The notes under the pieces are model-generated. The model saw nothing but the letters and a program-made list of their open reading frames with translations, was not told the origin of the DNA and did not search any database. A stretch of DNA of 64,000 nt. It comes from Botryllus schlosseri. Lineage: Eukaryota. The position numbers and the translations under genes were made by a program. The first letter of the stretch is position 1. Each line of letters starts with the position of its first letter. This document shows positions 13,321 through 25,985 of the stretch, in pieces. Where the stretch lies: the NCBI GenBank assembly GCA_051294905.1, contig CM119371.1, positions 744,001 through 808,000 on the forward strand, in the 5' to 3' direction.

Positions 13321-14097
13321 ATGATGGGGTTGATGGAAGCTGCAAATCAAATAAGCATCGAGCCGGCACGCTGGCCGTCGCCGCTGGCCGTTGCCGCTGG
13401 CGCAAGTACCGAGATGGTAATCACCACTGGTGCGAACGACGAGTTGAAAATAGCAACTAACGTCACACTGAACCCATGGGAAACTATTGGTGTTGAGACA
13501 GGAATGCCTGCTAACACCGTTAATGAAGACGTCGAGCGTGGAATCCCCGCTGGCGTAAATAAGGACCTGCACGAGAAAACTGGTCCCGAAGGCTCTTGCG
13601 GATGCACTTGTCCGGATAACTGTAAAAATCCGGCCCATAGATGCATGGCGACTGCCACAGCTGACATCGAACGAAGAATGTCCGCTGGTGAAAATAAAGA
13701 CCTGCACGAGAAAACTGGTCCTAAATGCTTTCGTGGATGCACTTGTCCGAATAACCTTAATGAATCGGCCCATAGATGCATGACGACAGCCACAGTAATG
13801 AGTACTTTTCCAAAAGGTTCAAACGAAGCAGCGGTTGCCGGTCAACCGGATACACACCCGGTCATGTCCGACAAGGAGTCTGGGGATTTTAGGATGCACG
13901 TCTCCCCAGAAAAAGGGTCCCCGGCGGAAAAGGAGTCCGTCGGCGTGACGGTAGGTGCGGGCACGCACCGAGATCAGAGGCCTACATCGAAGGACCTCGC
14001 CCTCTCTCCACCAACAATAAAACCCCGTTCATCACGAGATTCACATTGGCCAATGGCTGGCCAAGTTACCACAACAAGGGACCAGTCCAAGCGTTAA
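13321..14097 (+). CDS. Unknown 258-aa ORF with a 45-aa Cys/His-containing duplication
   Basis: ORF track; GACCTGCACGAGAAAACTGGTCC occurs at 13564 and 13699 (135-bp period). Confidence 0.35.
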   Translation: MMGLMEAANQISIEPARWPSPLAVAAGASTEMVITTGANDELKIATNVTLNPWETIGVETGMPANTVNEDVERGIPAGVNKDLHEKTGPEGSCGCTCPDNCKNPAHRCMATATADIERRMSAGENKDLHEKTGPKCFRGCTCPNNLNESAHRCMTTATVMSTFPKGSNEAAVAGQPDTHPVMSDKESGDFRMHVSPEKGSPAEKESVGVTVGAGTHRDQRPTSKDLALSPPTIKPRSSRDSHWPMAGQVTTTRDQSKR

Positions 14098-16061
14098 GAC
14101 GGAACTCAAGAGTCTCATTGTCTCCATGATCTTTGTAATGACTCGGTGGAAGGATATCATCCCTGGAAAGGAATTTGCGGCGTCATAAAAAGAAAATGGG
14201 GGTGCAAAGGAAAATTGAAGAAATCAAGAACGTCATGAAAAGGTGAGATAGAGTAATATTCTCGAACTATGGTTTGGCGGCTGCCCATGGACATACAAAA
14301 GGGTTGCCTCCTCCGCACTGTAAATAGAAAGGCAACGAGATATTGTACCACATGACGACTAAAAACAATGCAAAACAGATAATGTCCGCAGGCATTGAAC
14401 GAATGAACAGGAGATTCATTCATTTGACCAAAACGATAACGAAGATAAGAAAAAAGCGGAATGTGGTAATTTGCATGAAAGCAGCAGATATAAGGAATTA
14501 GGGAGTCGTACTGCTGCAATAAAACGTACAAGAAGTGGTGTTGTGCGAAGGCCATATACCACCCAAAGCCATACAAAAGATGTAAAGCTTTTTTGGCAGA
14601 GTGTAAATAAGTATTATAGGAAGGGCAAACGGACAAAATTCCTATAATGGGAGTAAACGGAAAAAACTGAAACCTCGTAACTAGAAAAAATGCTGAGTCA
14701 GCATTTTTAAGCTCGTGCGGAAAAACGAGAGAGTAAGAAGAAAAAAGGTTTAAGTGATAGAAGAAGGCAATTGAATTAAATGATCATGGGGAATCATGAT
14801 GAATGACGTCAAGTATACACACGAGTAAAGCGGGCATATACTGCACTTGTTCCAAAAATTGGAATGGAAAAAAATGGAGCTTGTATGGGCGATAGAATTC
14901 AACTCTGAGAAGGATAATGTGCGTTAGCTTATCTAATCGATAGAGCACATAGAACAAGGTGACCCGTTTTACAGGAATCCATGATCTAGTGTTACCTGTG
15001 TGTAGGTATATAACACAACGACTACATTCTCAATCATACCAGCGCATCTAATACCTATACCGATGTATGACATAATAAGAAGAGCTGAGCGGTTCACAAG
15101 TTCAAAGTTTGTCCTTGAGACTCACAATCCTCACATACATACAATCCTCTGATTTGCCTATAATGATAAACCTTGTAAAACGTATAGCTGAGCGATTGTC
15201 CCTATACCAAAATATCGATCATGTGCGCGTAATAGGACTGTTCAATAACAACTTTTTTCTAATTTCATAAGCTAGGCCAATATATTTTATAAAATTTTTA
15301 GATTGGCCAAAAATCGCTGCACACCAAATTTGGCACAACTGCAACCTGTAGCCGCATTGCTACAACAGAAGAACACTTTGAATTTATTATACCAAAAATG
15401 AAAAAAAAAAAAACATTTTGTCAACATGAAATTGTTAGGTTGCCTAGAGTAACGCTCCACACAGAGTTTGGCTCCGATTCCAGCCAGTGGAACCAGTGGA
15501 AGTTATTGTGGTAGAAATTTGACAAAATACTACTAATAGACTAATTCTAGGTCACCATGAATACTATTTTATTCAAATCCATAATTTTCTACTGCAATAA
15601 CTATACACTTTCGCTGATTGGAAATGAGCGCAATTTGGTGTGCAGGTTTATTTTTAGCCAACCTAAGGAAACAATTTTATCAAGTATAGCCAGTGAAAAT
15701 TGAAAAGGTATGTTTAAAGAGCCCCAATGTGAATGTACTCGATTACAATTACAATTAATTGTGATTTTGCCCTGCCTGGTGCAACCACCATCCCTATGAT
15801 TGTTATTGTAATCAATCATCATGAGCTTTATTTATTGATCCTATATATTGGAGTTTTAAAAAAAAAAACTTATTTATGTGGTGAAATTGTCACGTTGACC
15901 AAATAAATTCTGCATTACGAATTCGGCTTAATTTCAGCATACATAAATATTTCCATTAAACGAGTCAGCTAAAGTATCATTCATATCTTTACCTTGAGGC
16001 CATTGAGAAATATATGTACCTTCTCTATCTGCTCTGCATGGTAGCGCTAACTGGAGAGGTT

Positions 16062-17296
16062 CAGTGTTGCCACTCTAGGTTCCCGGAAAAACACAAGATT
16101 ATGTCCTGAAAAAACACTAGATTGGCGAAAAAACACTAGATTAGTAAATTGGTCGAAACGTTTGCCCTTGCCAAGTAATCATGATGATCAAGGTACAAAT
16201 CCACAGATAAGAAGTGTTCCACACATGAATTCGATTTCGATACATATGCATGATATACTGCATGACTATTCAATGAAAATTAATGAAACGAATTCAACAG
16301 CGCAAAAAAAAATCAAATTTGTCGCTTTCGAATTGTGCGGCATCATAAAAATTATCTTTCGATTTGTACACCATCCATCAAACATAAGTATATATCTATT
16401 GTGGGGCATCTTGCTCACTACCGCACATCTTCAACCAAACAATGGAGAGGTTTCCATATGCAGCATACTTCAATTCCACGAATGCAGTGGAATATGGCGA
16501 TGCCAAGAGATTCGTCATGAGCTTCCCCAGTAAATGGAATTTTGATTCACCGAATCCACTGTGCACAGATTTCAATTTTTGCAATAATTCTGGGCGAAGG
16601 CATTGACTGATAAACTGCAGCTCATTTTGCGATCTTGCCAAAGTTCAAGTTCATCAAATAATTTCACAGAGGGAAATTGCACAGCTAGAGGAATGATTGA
16701 TTTTACTATTCTTCTTCTTATACTATTCTTCGGCCTGCTTACATTTTTCAATATTTATTGATGACGCAAGACTCGAATTGAACAATGCTTGATTAGCATT
16801 CCATCAATGCAGCTGGCGGGATGATCCGCAGTACCGGTAATCCCGAAGGATCGTATCGCTGCAGCATGAATTATATTTTTATTGCAATTTTGTTCAATAA
16901 AACTGTCTGTCTGTCTCGGCAAATTAAAATATTGCCCGAATCTGCAGACTGAGTTCAACAAGAAACGACAGAGCATCAGAGCGAAATCGCTCTTCATTTT
17001 TTCAGAGACTTTCGCTCATAAGTACGGATTCTCAACACGCCCTGTTACGTAATAATTGCGTGATATTGCACAACAACATAGAATTGTTGAAAACAAATAC
17101 AGCCAGAGACACCAAATCGCCTCATTAGCGATAAATTTAGCGTATAATTAAGTCGTCTAACGTTCGAATATTCATTATTCGCATAATTGCAGAAAAACAC
17201 TAGATTAGCAAAATTTAGCGGAAAAAAACACTAGAACACTAGGACGATCGAAAAAACACTAGATCTAGTGTTAAGACACTAGGAGTGGCACCACTG
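16062..17296. mobile_element. Non-autonomous hAT-like element with AAAACACTAGA subterminal repeats
   Basis: TIRs CAGTGTTGCCACTC / CAGTGGTGCCACTC, with multiple AAAACACTAGA(T) copies at both ends. TSD not evident. Confidence 0.7.
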
Positions 17297-17301
17297 AGTC
17301 A

Positions 17302-18883
17302 CCGTGGATATACTCAGCTATCGCAGCTATCGCAGCTCCCGTAGCTATCGCAGCTATCACAGTGTGGAAATACTCAGCTATCACAGCTATCGCAGCTATC
17401 ACCAAATTTCGCAGACAGAGAGGTCATTTAAAGGTCACGTATCGTTTAGGGCGCAGCTATCAGCGCTGGAGCTTGTCTGGGTTGAATTAGTGCGCAGCTA
17501 TCAGATCCGGAGCACGTCTGAGTTGAAATAGTGCGCAGCTATCAGCTCCGGAGCACGTCCTGGTTGAAATAGTGCGCAGCTATCAGATCCGGAGCAAGTC
17601 TGAGTTGAAATAGTGCGCAGCTATCAGCTCCGGAGCACGTCCGGGTTGAAATAGTGCGCAGCTATCAGATCCGGAGCAAGTCTGAGTTGAAATAGTGCGC
17701 AGCTATCAGCTCCAGAGCACGTCCAGGTTGAAATAGTGCGCAGCTATCAGATCCGGAGCAAGTCTGAGATGAAATAGTGCGCAGCTATCACATCCGGAGC
17801 AAGTCGGAGTGGAAATAGAGCGCAGCTATCAGCTCTGGAGCACGTCCGGGTTGAAATAGTGCGCAGCTATCACTACTGTGACCCAGCTATCGCAGCTATC
17901 ACCAAAAATTGCAGACATACAGGTCATTTAAAGGTCACGTATCGTTTAGGGCGCAGCTATCAGCGCTGGAGCTTGTCTGGGTTGAATTAATGCGCAGCTA
18001 TCAGCTCCAGAGCACGTCTGAGTTGAAATAGTGCGCAGCTATCAGATCTGGAGCACGTCTGAGTTGAAATAGTGCGCAGCTATCAGGTCTGGAGCACGTC
18101 CTGGTGGAAATAGTGCGCAGCTATCAGCTCCGGAGCACGTCTGAGTTGAAATATTGCGCAGCTATCAGATCTGGAGCACGTCTGAGTTGAAATTGTGCGC
18201 AGCTATCAGATCTGGAGCACGTCCTGGTGGAAATAGTGCGCAGCTATCAGCTCCGGAGCATGTCTGGGTTGAAATAGTGCGCAGCTATCAGCTCCGGAGC
18301 ATGTCTGAGTTGAAATAGTGCGCAGCTATCAGCTCCAGAGCACGTCTGAGTTGAAATAGTGCGCAGCTATCAGATCTGGAGCACGTCCTGGTGGAAATAG
18401 TGCGCAGCTATCAGATCCGGAGCAAGTCTGAGCTGAAATAGTGCGCAGCTATCACATCCGGAGCAAGTCGGAGTGGAAATAGTGCGCAGCTATCAGCTCC
18501 GGAGCACGTCCGGGTTGAAATAGTGCGCAGCTATCAGCTCCGGAGCATGTCTGGGTTGAAATAGTGCGCAGCTATCAGCTCCGGAGCACGTCTGGGTTGA
18601 AATAGTGCGCAGCTATCAGCTCCGGAGCATGTCTGGGTTGAAATAGTGCGCAGCGAGCACCTCCGGAGCATGTCTGAGTTGAAATAGTGCGCAGCTATCA
18701 GATCCGGAGCAAGTCTGAGTTGAAATAGTGCGCAGTTATCGGTTCCGGAGCACGTCCGGGTTGAAATAGTGCGCAGCTATCAGATCCGGAGCAGGTCTGA
18801 GTTGAAATAGTGCGCAGCTATCGGCTCCGGAGCACGTCCTGGTTGAAATAATGCGCAGCTATCAGCTCAGGAGCACTTCCGGA
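17302..18883 (+). repeat. 41-bp satellite array with a shared AGCTATC-rich head (head partly duplicated at about 17870-17990)
   Basis: Unit GTGCGCAGCTATCAGCTCCGGAGCACGTCCTGGTTGAAATA (period 17531 to 17572 = 41), about 30 copies. Confidence 0.95.
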
Positions 18884-19351
18884 TTCAGATTCATTCATTA
18901 CACGGCATGCAAGGACTATCTTCGTGATTTTCAGTGTACGGGCGGTGAACAGATATTCTGACATCCACACGGGATCAAAAAAAAAATCGTTACTTTGTAT
19001 TAAAAGCTCTGCTTACGAATAATTATGCAGCTGTAAATACATATTTGTTTTAATATTGACTAACACCTGTGCGATTCCGTGGATGTAGCGTAGGCTTTCC
19101 CTACTGACGGCTCTGCCTATCATAGATATTCACTGATCTGATATCGGACGTGTGCGACTGCAGGTACAGTATATGGAGGCCTATTATTCACTACACGGGC
19201 CTTATACGTATCTAATTAATATAATGCACACTCCAAAGACAATATTTCGATACTGGTGCACCAGAAGAAGGGTGTGTTACTTTGATTGGTATGTCATGAA
19301 TAGAATATAGCTCAGAGACCTACTCGCCTGGTAACTTTATCAAAATACTAT

Positions 19352-19655
19352 GAGTAGCCTAAATACAGTCCATCCTCAAGATTACCGGACCACGACTTAC
19401 CTATCGATCTCGCTTCCCATGACATGCCGCCCTATTTCTTGCCCGCTTTCTTTTTCTATACTATCTTCTTTACTTTCATTCAGTGTGCACTGTGCATGCC
19501 TCCTCTTTACATCGCCTATAGGCCAAGGTGGGTGTCAGATTCCATAGACTACTCCTTGTCGCTTCGACATCTTCCTGTCTTTTCATTGTATCGCATTTTT
19601 TGTGGTGTATTGAACTGATAAAATTGCTAATAAACCAATGATGATGATGATGAAG
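19352..19655 (+). mobile_element. 5'-truncated LINE (CR1/L2-like) or LINE-dependent SINE 3' end
   Basis: Ends in AATAAACCAA(TGA)n; near-identical to the minus-strand copies at 25886-25985 and 30560-31760. Confidence 0.6.
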
Positions 19656-19780
19656 CCGCTTCACATTCCATGCATAAGGGTGCGTGCCAACAAAACTTGA
19701 TTCAAACATATTTTCGTGAAATATATCCGCGATTGGATGAGACGAATGTCTCACGTTTTACATAATGACTAAAGCTACAC

Positions 19781-21147
19781 CAGTGGTTCCCAACGTGGGC
19801 GATATCGCCCCCCAGGGGGCGATTTGTCGGTCCAGGGGGGCGAAAATAGCCAAGGGGGCGATAGGGGGCGAAAACGGACGAAGGGGGCGATGGCGCGTTG
19901 AAATGGCTATATTGGCGTTCATGACCGTAACTGCCACACATAAACCCCCAATTGGGATGGGAGGCCCGAGCTCTAAGGGGGCCCACAATTTTTTCGCGAA
20001 TTAACATTAATTATAGAGTATTATTATGGAAATTTAAACAACTTTTTAAAAAAAATTCCGCGCTGCGTGCCATTTCGTGGTCGCATATTTGTTACTTATT
20101 GGATACCCTCCCTCCAAGAAACAATACGCACGAGGTATAGAAAATAGGCATCTCGGCGTCAGCTATTATCACACCATGACGCACCAAGACATATGAAGTT
20201 TCAGGCCATGTAACATGCGAGAAGAATGCCAGAACGAGAAAACCTTGGCGGAAAAGGCCTGCCTTTATGCTGACCGACTTCGATATATATATACGATATA
20301 CATATATGTTTAATTGTCCATAGGCGCCTAAATGGCTGGCGCCAAATTTCCCTGTCCTGGCAATCAGAACCCCACAAAAAATGCCATCTCGCCGAGAAAA
20401 ATTAATTTTCAGTGCAGAAATACCAATTTGAAATCGTGTGCGTCTTTTAGTTTAGTACGTATGGGCGATTTGAATGTCTTTTGACAGAGCAGACAGGCCA
20501 CGAAATGTCATTACGTAACGGAGTCATTATACCGCCCGAATATGTTCAATTGTTATTTACGGGCCCTACATTTTCAATTGTTATTTACGGGCCCTACATT
20601 TTCTAAGACAGCTCACTCAGCTTTACCGGTAAATTTAAATACATGAGCAGAGAGAGGATAAAAAATTGACAGCAATATGCGATTCCCAATCACATTGAGA
20701 GATTCAATCATGACTGAAATTTTTTTTTCGCGCTTCGCACAAATTAAGCCGACTAACTGAAGAGTCCAACAATTTGTGCTGAGAAGTAACGACTAAGAGG
20801 TATCGGGGGAATTTGATCTGAGGGGCGCAGAAGTTTGCTTTATCGCCCTATGGAGGGGCTCAATCAAGACCAACGTATTGGGGAGGGGGCTGACGAAGTG
20901 CTGTTACGGTTCTTTTGGAATCAAGTCGGAGAAATCACCTTTTTGTTAGTCAACTCACCAAAATTTAGCTGGAAAACTGAAATTTCGAGGCCGAGCCGAA
21001 ATTTTGACCCTTTTTCTTGATCAAATCGCCGGTGATTTCAGTCTGTATGCCCATTTCGGTTCCCAATATTTTTTTTGGGGGGGGGGGCGATGATCGGTGT
21101 GGAGTTTGAAAAGGGGGCGATGAGCCGAAAAAGGTTGGGAACCACTG
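19781..21147. mobile_element. hAT MITE (CAGTGGTTCCCAAC TIRs)
   Basis: TIRs with a perfect 8-bp TSD AGCTACAC; subterminal GGGGCGA repeats. Confidence 0.9.
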
Positions 21148-22447
21148 AGCTACACTATGCATATTCTGAGTTGAGATGGGCTATTGACGTCAGAGAAGAG
21201 AGTATGCTGAGCTCGCGAACACGTGCGTTAGACTGTGATTGCATCGGAGTCAGTGGCTTCTCGGGGCTAGCCTATAGATAAGAACTACAGGTTATCTCAT
21301 ATTTAGGGCAAGGCAGTCTTAGATCTAAAACGTGAGGCAATAGTATTTACGTTCGGTATTTGTGAGATATCGTCTCACAAATTGTAATATTGTAACGTCA
21401 GTCCCAGTGTTTGTAAGATTCAATTCTGCAATCAAAATATTATGTGATCAAGAGCCAACTGCAATGGTGTTTCGTGTAGACCAGCTTGTCAAGGCTTGCA
21501 GTTGAGGTTTTTCGTTTACACCATGTCACATCAGCCCTGCTCGAATAAATCGGATGTAGTGTTTGATGAGGTTGTCAGTCATGAAATAGGCTGTAGTGAA
21601 AAGAGAAGTATAGGCTATATACCAGTGGTTCTCAACCGCCGGTCCACGGACCGGTGCCGGTCCGCGACGACATTCCTGCCGGTCCGTCATGTATATTACA
21701 ATTTTATACCTTGATTTCAAGATGCAATGTTGAAGGCGCCTACAGTAGTAGCCTACAGAATAGATACGAGCTGACTCATCGCTGAACAGCGCAGTTTGCG
21801 CGATCATTCGTTTTCGATCATTTATTTATTGCAGGACCGTAACTGGGGCACCCCAAACCGCCCAATTGGAGATGGGGCGAGTGTGAAAAGTGCCAAAAAT
21901 TATCTTGCAGATGAACATAATTCATAGAGTTTTTTTTTGTAACTTTTTCCAACAAATTTCAATTTATTTTCGCGCTTTGCACGATTTAGTGTGAATAAAT
22001 GCCTCGCTTATAGGTGCCCTTTACCGAGAAATACGCGTGATATATAGAAATAGGCATTAGGGCGTTAGCCATTACCGCGCCACGATGTACCAACACATAA
22101 TGAAGTCTAGGCTAACATGGGATTCCGAAAGTTGTGCAGCGAGAAAACAGATTCAGTCATGAATGATCCAAAATACGGAAATGACTCGACAGCGGAATTA
22201 TTGCCGTCGAAAAATTTGGATTATGAATGAAATAGTATTTACGGTGATTAATTCTTTAATTCTTTATTATAGTGGCTCCCATCGTAAATTTTTCATTATA
22301 TTTCGAACCACACACTTGGCTATCGCCCATCGGTGTTGTGCTGATGACGAAATTTAGGGTATACCTCCGGACGGAGCTGATAGATGCGCACCAAATACCT
22401 CCAGGCATGGCTCAGAGCTGATAGCTGCGCATAATTTGAGTCCAGAC

Positions 22448-23961
22448 CAGTGTTGAGATCAAGTCACTGCCTTTGAGTCATTTCGAGTCATTGCACATTT
22501 TGACTCGAGTCGAGTCAAGTCAAGTCACAAATCAAGTCAAATTGAATTTTCGAAGTATGAGAGATGATTCAAAGTCAGTACATTTTGCTAGCTGTGTGAC
22601 AGACAGATTAATTTGCTATTTATCTTGAATCAAATAACCAATATGAAGTTAAATATACATGCAAAAGGCGTTGTATCGCTTACGCACACGTAGAACTGCT
22701 AATAAAACACGTGATAAATATAGAAACGAATACAGAGAGAGGTTGAAACAAATTTATATGGTACAATAGCCTACACCACCCATCTACACATCCGTGAGAA
22801 TATAAACAAACAGACTATATCGTTGTTCTATTTCAATCATACAAAAGGGTAAGTAAAGGTGAGCACTGCGCAACTTGAGCATTGAGCCGTCTAAGAAACA
22901 GAGACACATTGCTATTTGATCTACTACTACGGCTACGTAAGCTGTGATAGCTTTGTTTGCGGTCCATGGAATCATACACCCACCTTGGCCTAGGCTAGAG
23001 GTGTCAAACATACGACCCGCGGGCCCCATCCAGCCCGCCAGACGATTTCATCTCGCCCACGAAGCAATTTTGAGTAGATTGAAAAATGTGAGTATTATTA
23101 TCAAGTACATTTCTGGAAAATGTTGGTGTTTTTAGTAAGAAATACTTGTATTAAATAATCCCTCAAGACATCAGTTGTAGAGTATGTTCATAGGCCACAT
23201 TATAACTATAACCGACAACGGTGTTGTGGTTTCAATCCAGTCAGCATTAGAAACAAATAGCTGGCATTGACACCCAATTACGAGGAGGCATACTGATCAC
23301 AGTATTTTATGGAAAAAAAATGACCAAAAACTAGATATTCACAGAAGTGAAATGCTTATCGCGATTTAAGAATAATTAAATAAATTTCAACGTGCGCATT
23401 TACAGTTGAATCTGCTGTATTCCTCACACGCAGGGTTGATGCCAGTACCATTAAAACTTGATGACTTGAAATTGACACGTAAATTTTGCTCCGAGTCATG
23501 ACTCGAGTCACAATTTTCTGATGACTCGACTTGACTCAAGTCATTATCTCAAAATACGGAAATGACTCGACTCGACTCGAGTCTATATGTGTAATGACTC
23601 GACTTGGACTCGAGTCATTGCACATGACTCGAACCAAGTCGTATGACTCAACACTCAGACGGCCAAGACCTACATTTCATTGCAATTTCGAAGAATAGTA
23701 AATTAACCACCCTATTGTTACTGCATGATACTTCAAAATGCGACCAGAAACTATTAAAAGTGAGGAAAATTAGTATATTATAAATGCGAACCATTCGATA
23801 TCACCAAACATACTTATAGAAAGTGGGTAAAGTGGGTTTAACAAGATTTTAAATGGAAAATGAGCAGTCAACACAATCACTTGGACTTGGACTCGAGTCA
23901 TAATGCCATGACTCGGACTCGAACCTCCGCTCGATGACTTGGACTCGGGCTTGACTCGGTG
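22448..23961. mobile_element. GACTCGAGTC-rich non-autonomous element inserted in the tail of the minus-strand satellite
   Basis: Dense GACTCGA/TCGAGTC motifs at both ends, the same family as 27268-27850 and 62685-63235; satellite units flank it on both sides (22365-22447 and 23962 onward). Confidence 0.65.
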
Positions 23962-25174
23962 GCTGCGCACTATTTCAACTCAGACTTGCTCCGGATCTGA
24001 TAGTTGCGCACTATTTCAACCTGGACGTGCTCCGGATCTGATAGCTGCGCACTATTTGCATCTGGACGTGCTCCAGAGATGATAGCTGCGCACTATTTCA
24101 ACCTGGACGTGCTCCGGATATGATAGCTGCGCACTATTTCAACCCGGACGTGCTCTGGAGCTGATAGCTGCGCACTATTTCCACTCAGACTTGTTCCGGA
24201 TGTGATAGCTGCGCATTTTTTCAACTCAGACTTGCTCCGGATCTGATAGCTGCACACTAATTCAACCAGGACGTGCTCCGGAGCTGATAGCTGCGCACTA
24301 TTTCAACCCGGGCATGCTCCGAATCTGATAGCTGCGCACTATTTCAACCTGGACGTGCTCCGGATATGATAGCTGCGCACTATTTCAACCCGGACGTGCT
24401 CCGGAGCCGATAGCTGCGCACTATTTCAACTCAGACTTGCTCCGGATCTGATAGCTGCGCACTATTTCAACCTGGACGTGCTCCGGATATGATAGCTGCG
24501 CACTATTTCAACCCGGACGTGCTCCGGAGCTGATAGCTGCGCACTATTTCAACTCAGACTTGCTCCGGATCTGATAGCTGCGCACTATTTCAACTCCGAC
24601 TTGCTCCGGATGTGATAGCTGCGCACTATTTCAGCTCAGACTTACTCCGGATCTGATAGCTGCGCACTATTTCAACCCAGACTTGCTCCAGATCTGATAG
24701 CTGCGCACTATTTCCACCAGGACGTGCTCCGGATCTGATAGCTGCGCACTATTTCAACCTGGACGTGCTCCGGATATGATAGCTGCGCACTATCTCAACC
24801 CGGACGTGCTCCGGAGCTGATAGCTGCGCACTATTTTAACTCAGACTTGCTCAGGATCTGATAGCTGCGCACTATTTCAACCAGGACGTGCTCCGGAGCT
24901 GATAGCTGCGCACTATTTCAACCCTGGCATGCTCCGAATCTGATAGCTGCGCACTATTTCAACTCAGAAGTGCTCCGGATCTGATAGCTGCGCACTAATT
25001 CAACCCAGACAAGCTCCAGCGCTGATAGCTGCGCCCTAAACGATACGTGACCTTTAAATGACCTCTCTGTCTGCGAAATTTGGTGATAGCTGCGATAGCT
25101 GTGATAGCTGAGTATATCCACACTGTGATAGCTGCGATAGCTGCGGGAGCTGCGATAGCTGAGTATATCCACGG
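23962..25174 (-). repeat. Second 41-bp satellite array with the same head, inverted relative to 17302-18883
   Basis: Reverse-complement units (about 25) and a near-identical head CCGTGGATATACTCAGCTATC...GGTCATTTAAAGGTCACGTATCG. Confidence 0.95.
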
Positions 25175-25189
25175 GGCCCTCAGCTGGTG

Positions 25190-25580
25190 AGGTTGTAACA
25201 ACTAAAACGGGCATCCCTAAAAGACGGAAAAGCGGAAACAGCGGAAACAGCGGAAACAACGGAAAACGAACTCTAAAACGCGGAAACAGCGGAAACAATA
25301 AAAAAATGCCGATTCCTAAAAGACGGAAAGACGGAAAGACGGAAATAGCGGAAAACTTAACCATCGATTAAGTAGCGGACTTTGATACTGACATAATCTG
25401 CTCGCTGCGGAATCTAAATCAGCGGAAAACGGATTGTAGCCGAAGCAGCGGAAAATTTAACCATACCAATTGGAGGCGAATATGACGGAAAATTTGACCA
25501 TCGATTACATAGCGGACTTTGATGCAGCGGAAAATTTAACCATACCAGTTGGAGGCGAATATGACGGAAAATTTTATAAT
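25190..25580 (+). repeat. GCGGAAA/ACGGAAA-rich subrepeat region with an internal duplication of about 80 bp
   Basis: Many GCGGAAAC copies; GCAGCGGAAAATTTAACCATACCA...GGAGGCGAATATGACGGAAAATT occurs twice. Confidence 0.6.
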
Positions 25581-25885
25581 TCGCACGCAGCCCGGCAGAC
25601 AGGGCCACAGCTGATAGTGAAGTTGCCACAGCAACCACAGCAAACCTAAATTGTCTTGTGCCGCTAGTGCGGTATGATCGACCATACGTTATCCACAATG
25701 CGAGCAACCGCAATAATATCTTGACAGTCACATAAAATAACATGGTGGGTTTATATTTTTGATCTGAACAAGGCACACACAATGTACAATGCGATAAGAC
25801 AAAATGCGATGTTATGAACAGATTAGGAGGATATAGAACGACACGCTTCAGTAGCGATCCTTTACTCTAACACCCACCCCGGCCT

Positions 25886-25985
25886 ATCATCATCATCATC
25901 ATCGGTTTATTAGCAATTTTATCAGTTCAATACACCACAAAAATGCGATACAATGAATAGACAGGAAGATGTCGAAGCGACTTGG
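25886..25985 (-). mobile_element. LINE/SINE 3' tail (same family as 19352-19655)
   Basis: CATCATCATCGGTTTATTAGCAATTTTATCAG...GATGTCGAAGCGAC. Confidence 0.6.

Larger units (their letters stand above)
10850..15200 (+). mobile_element. Gypsy/Ty3-like LTR retroelement remnant (PBS-gag-protease, no recognisable RT); boundaries approximate
   Basis: tRNA-Ile PBS, 460-aa gag-like ORF, degenerate retropepsin, and possible RNase H-like remnant (AERFTSSKFVLETHNPHIHTIL, about 15060-15150). No second LTR found. Confidence 0.55.

Noticed and set aside
17304-17531. SYRSYRS-repeat ORFs (also 24954-25364)
   Set aside because: Translations of the AGCTATCGC microrepeat head.
17490-18883. 41-bp array ending in GTTGAAAT as a CRISPR array
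   Set aside because: Contiguous tandem units with no unique spacers, no cas genes, and a eukaryotic TE context.
17290-25185. TSD flanking the paired satellite modules
   Set aside because: The left flank (CTGAGTCA) and right flank (GGCCCTCA) do not match, so a single foldback insertion is unproven.
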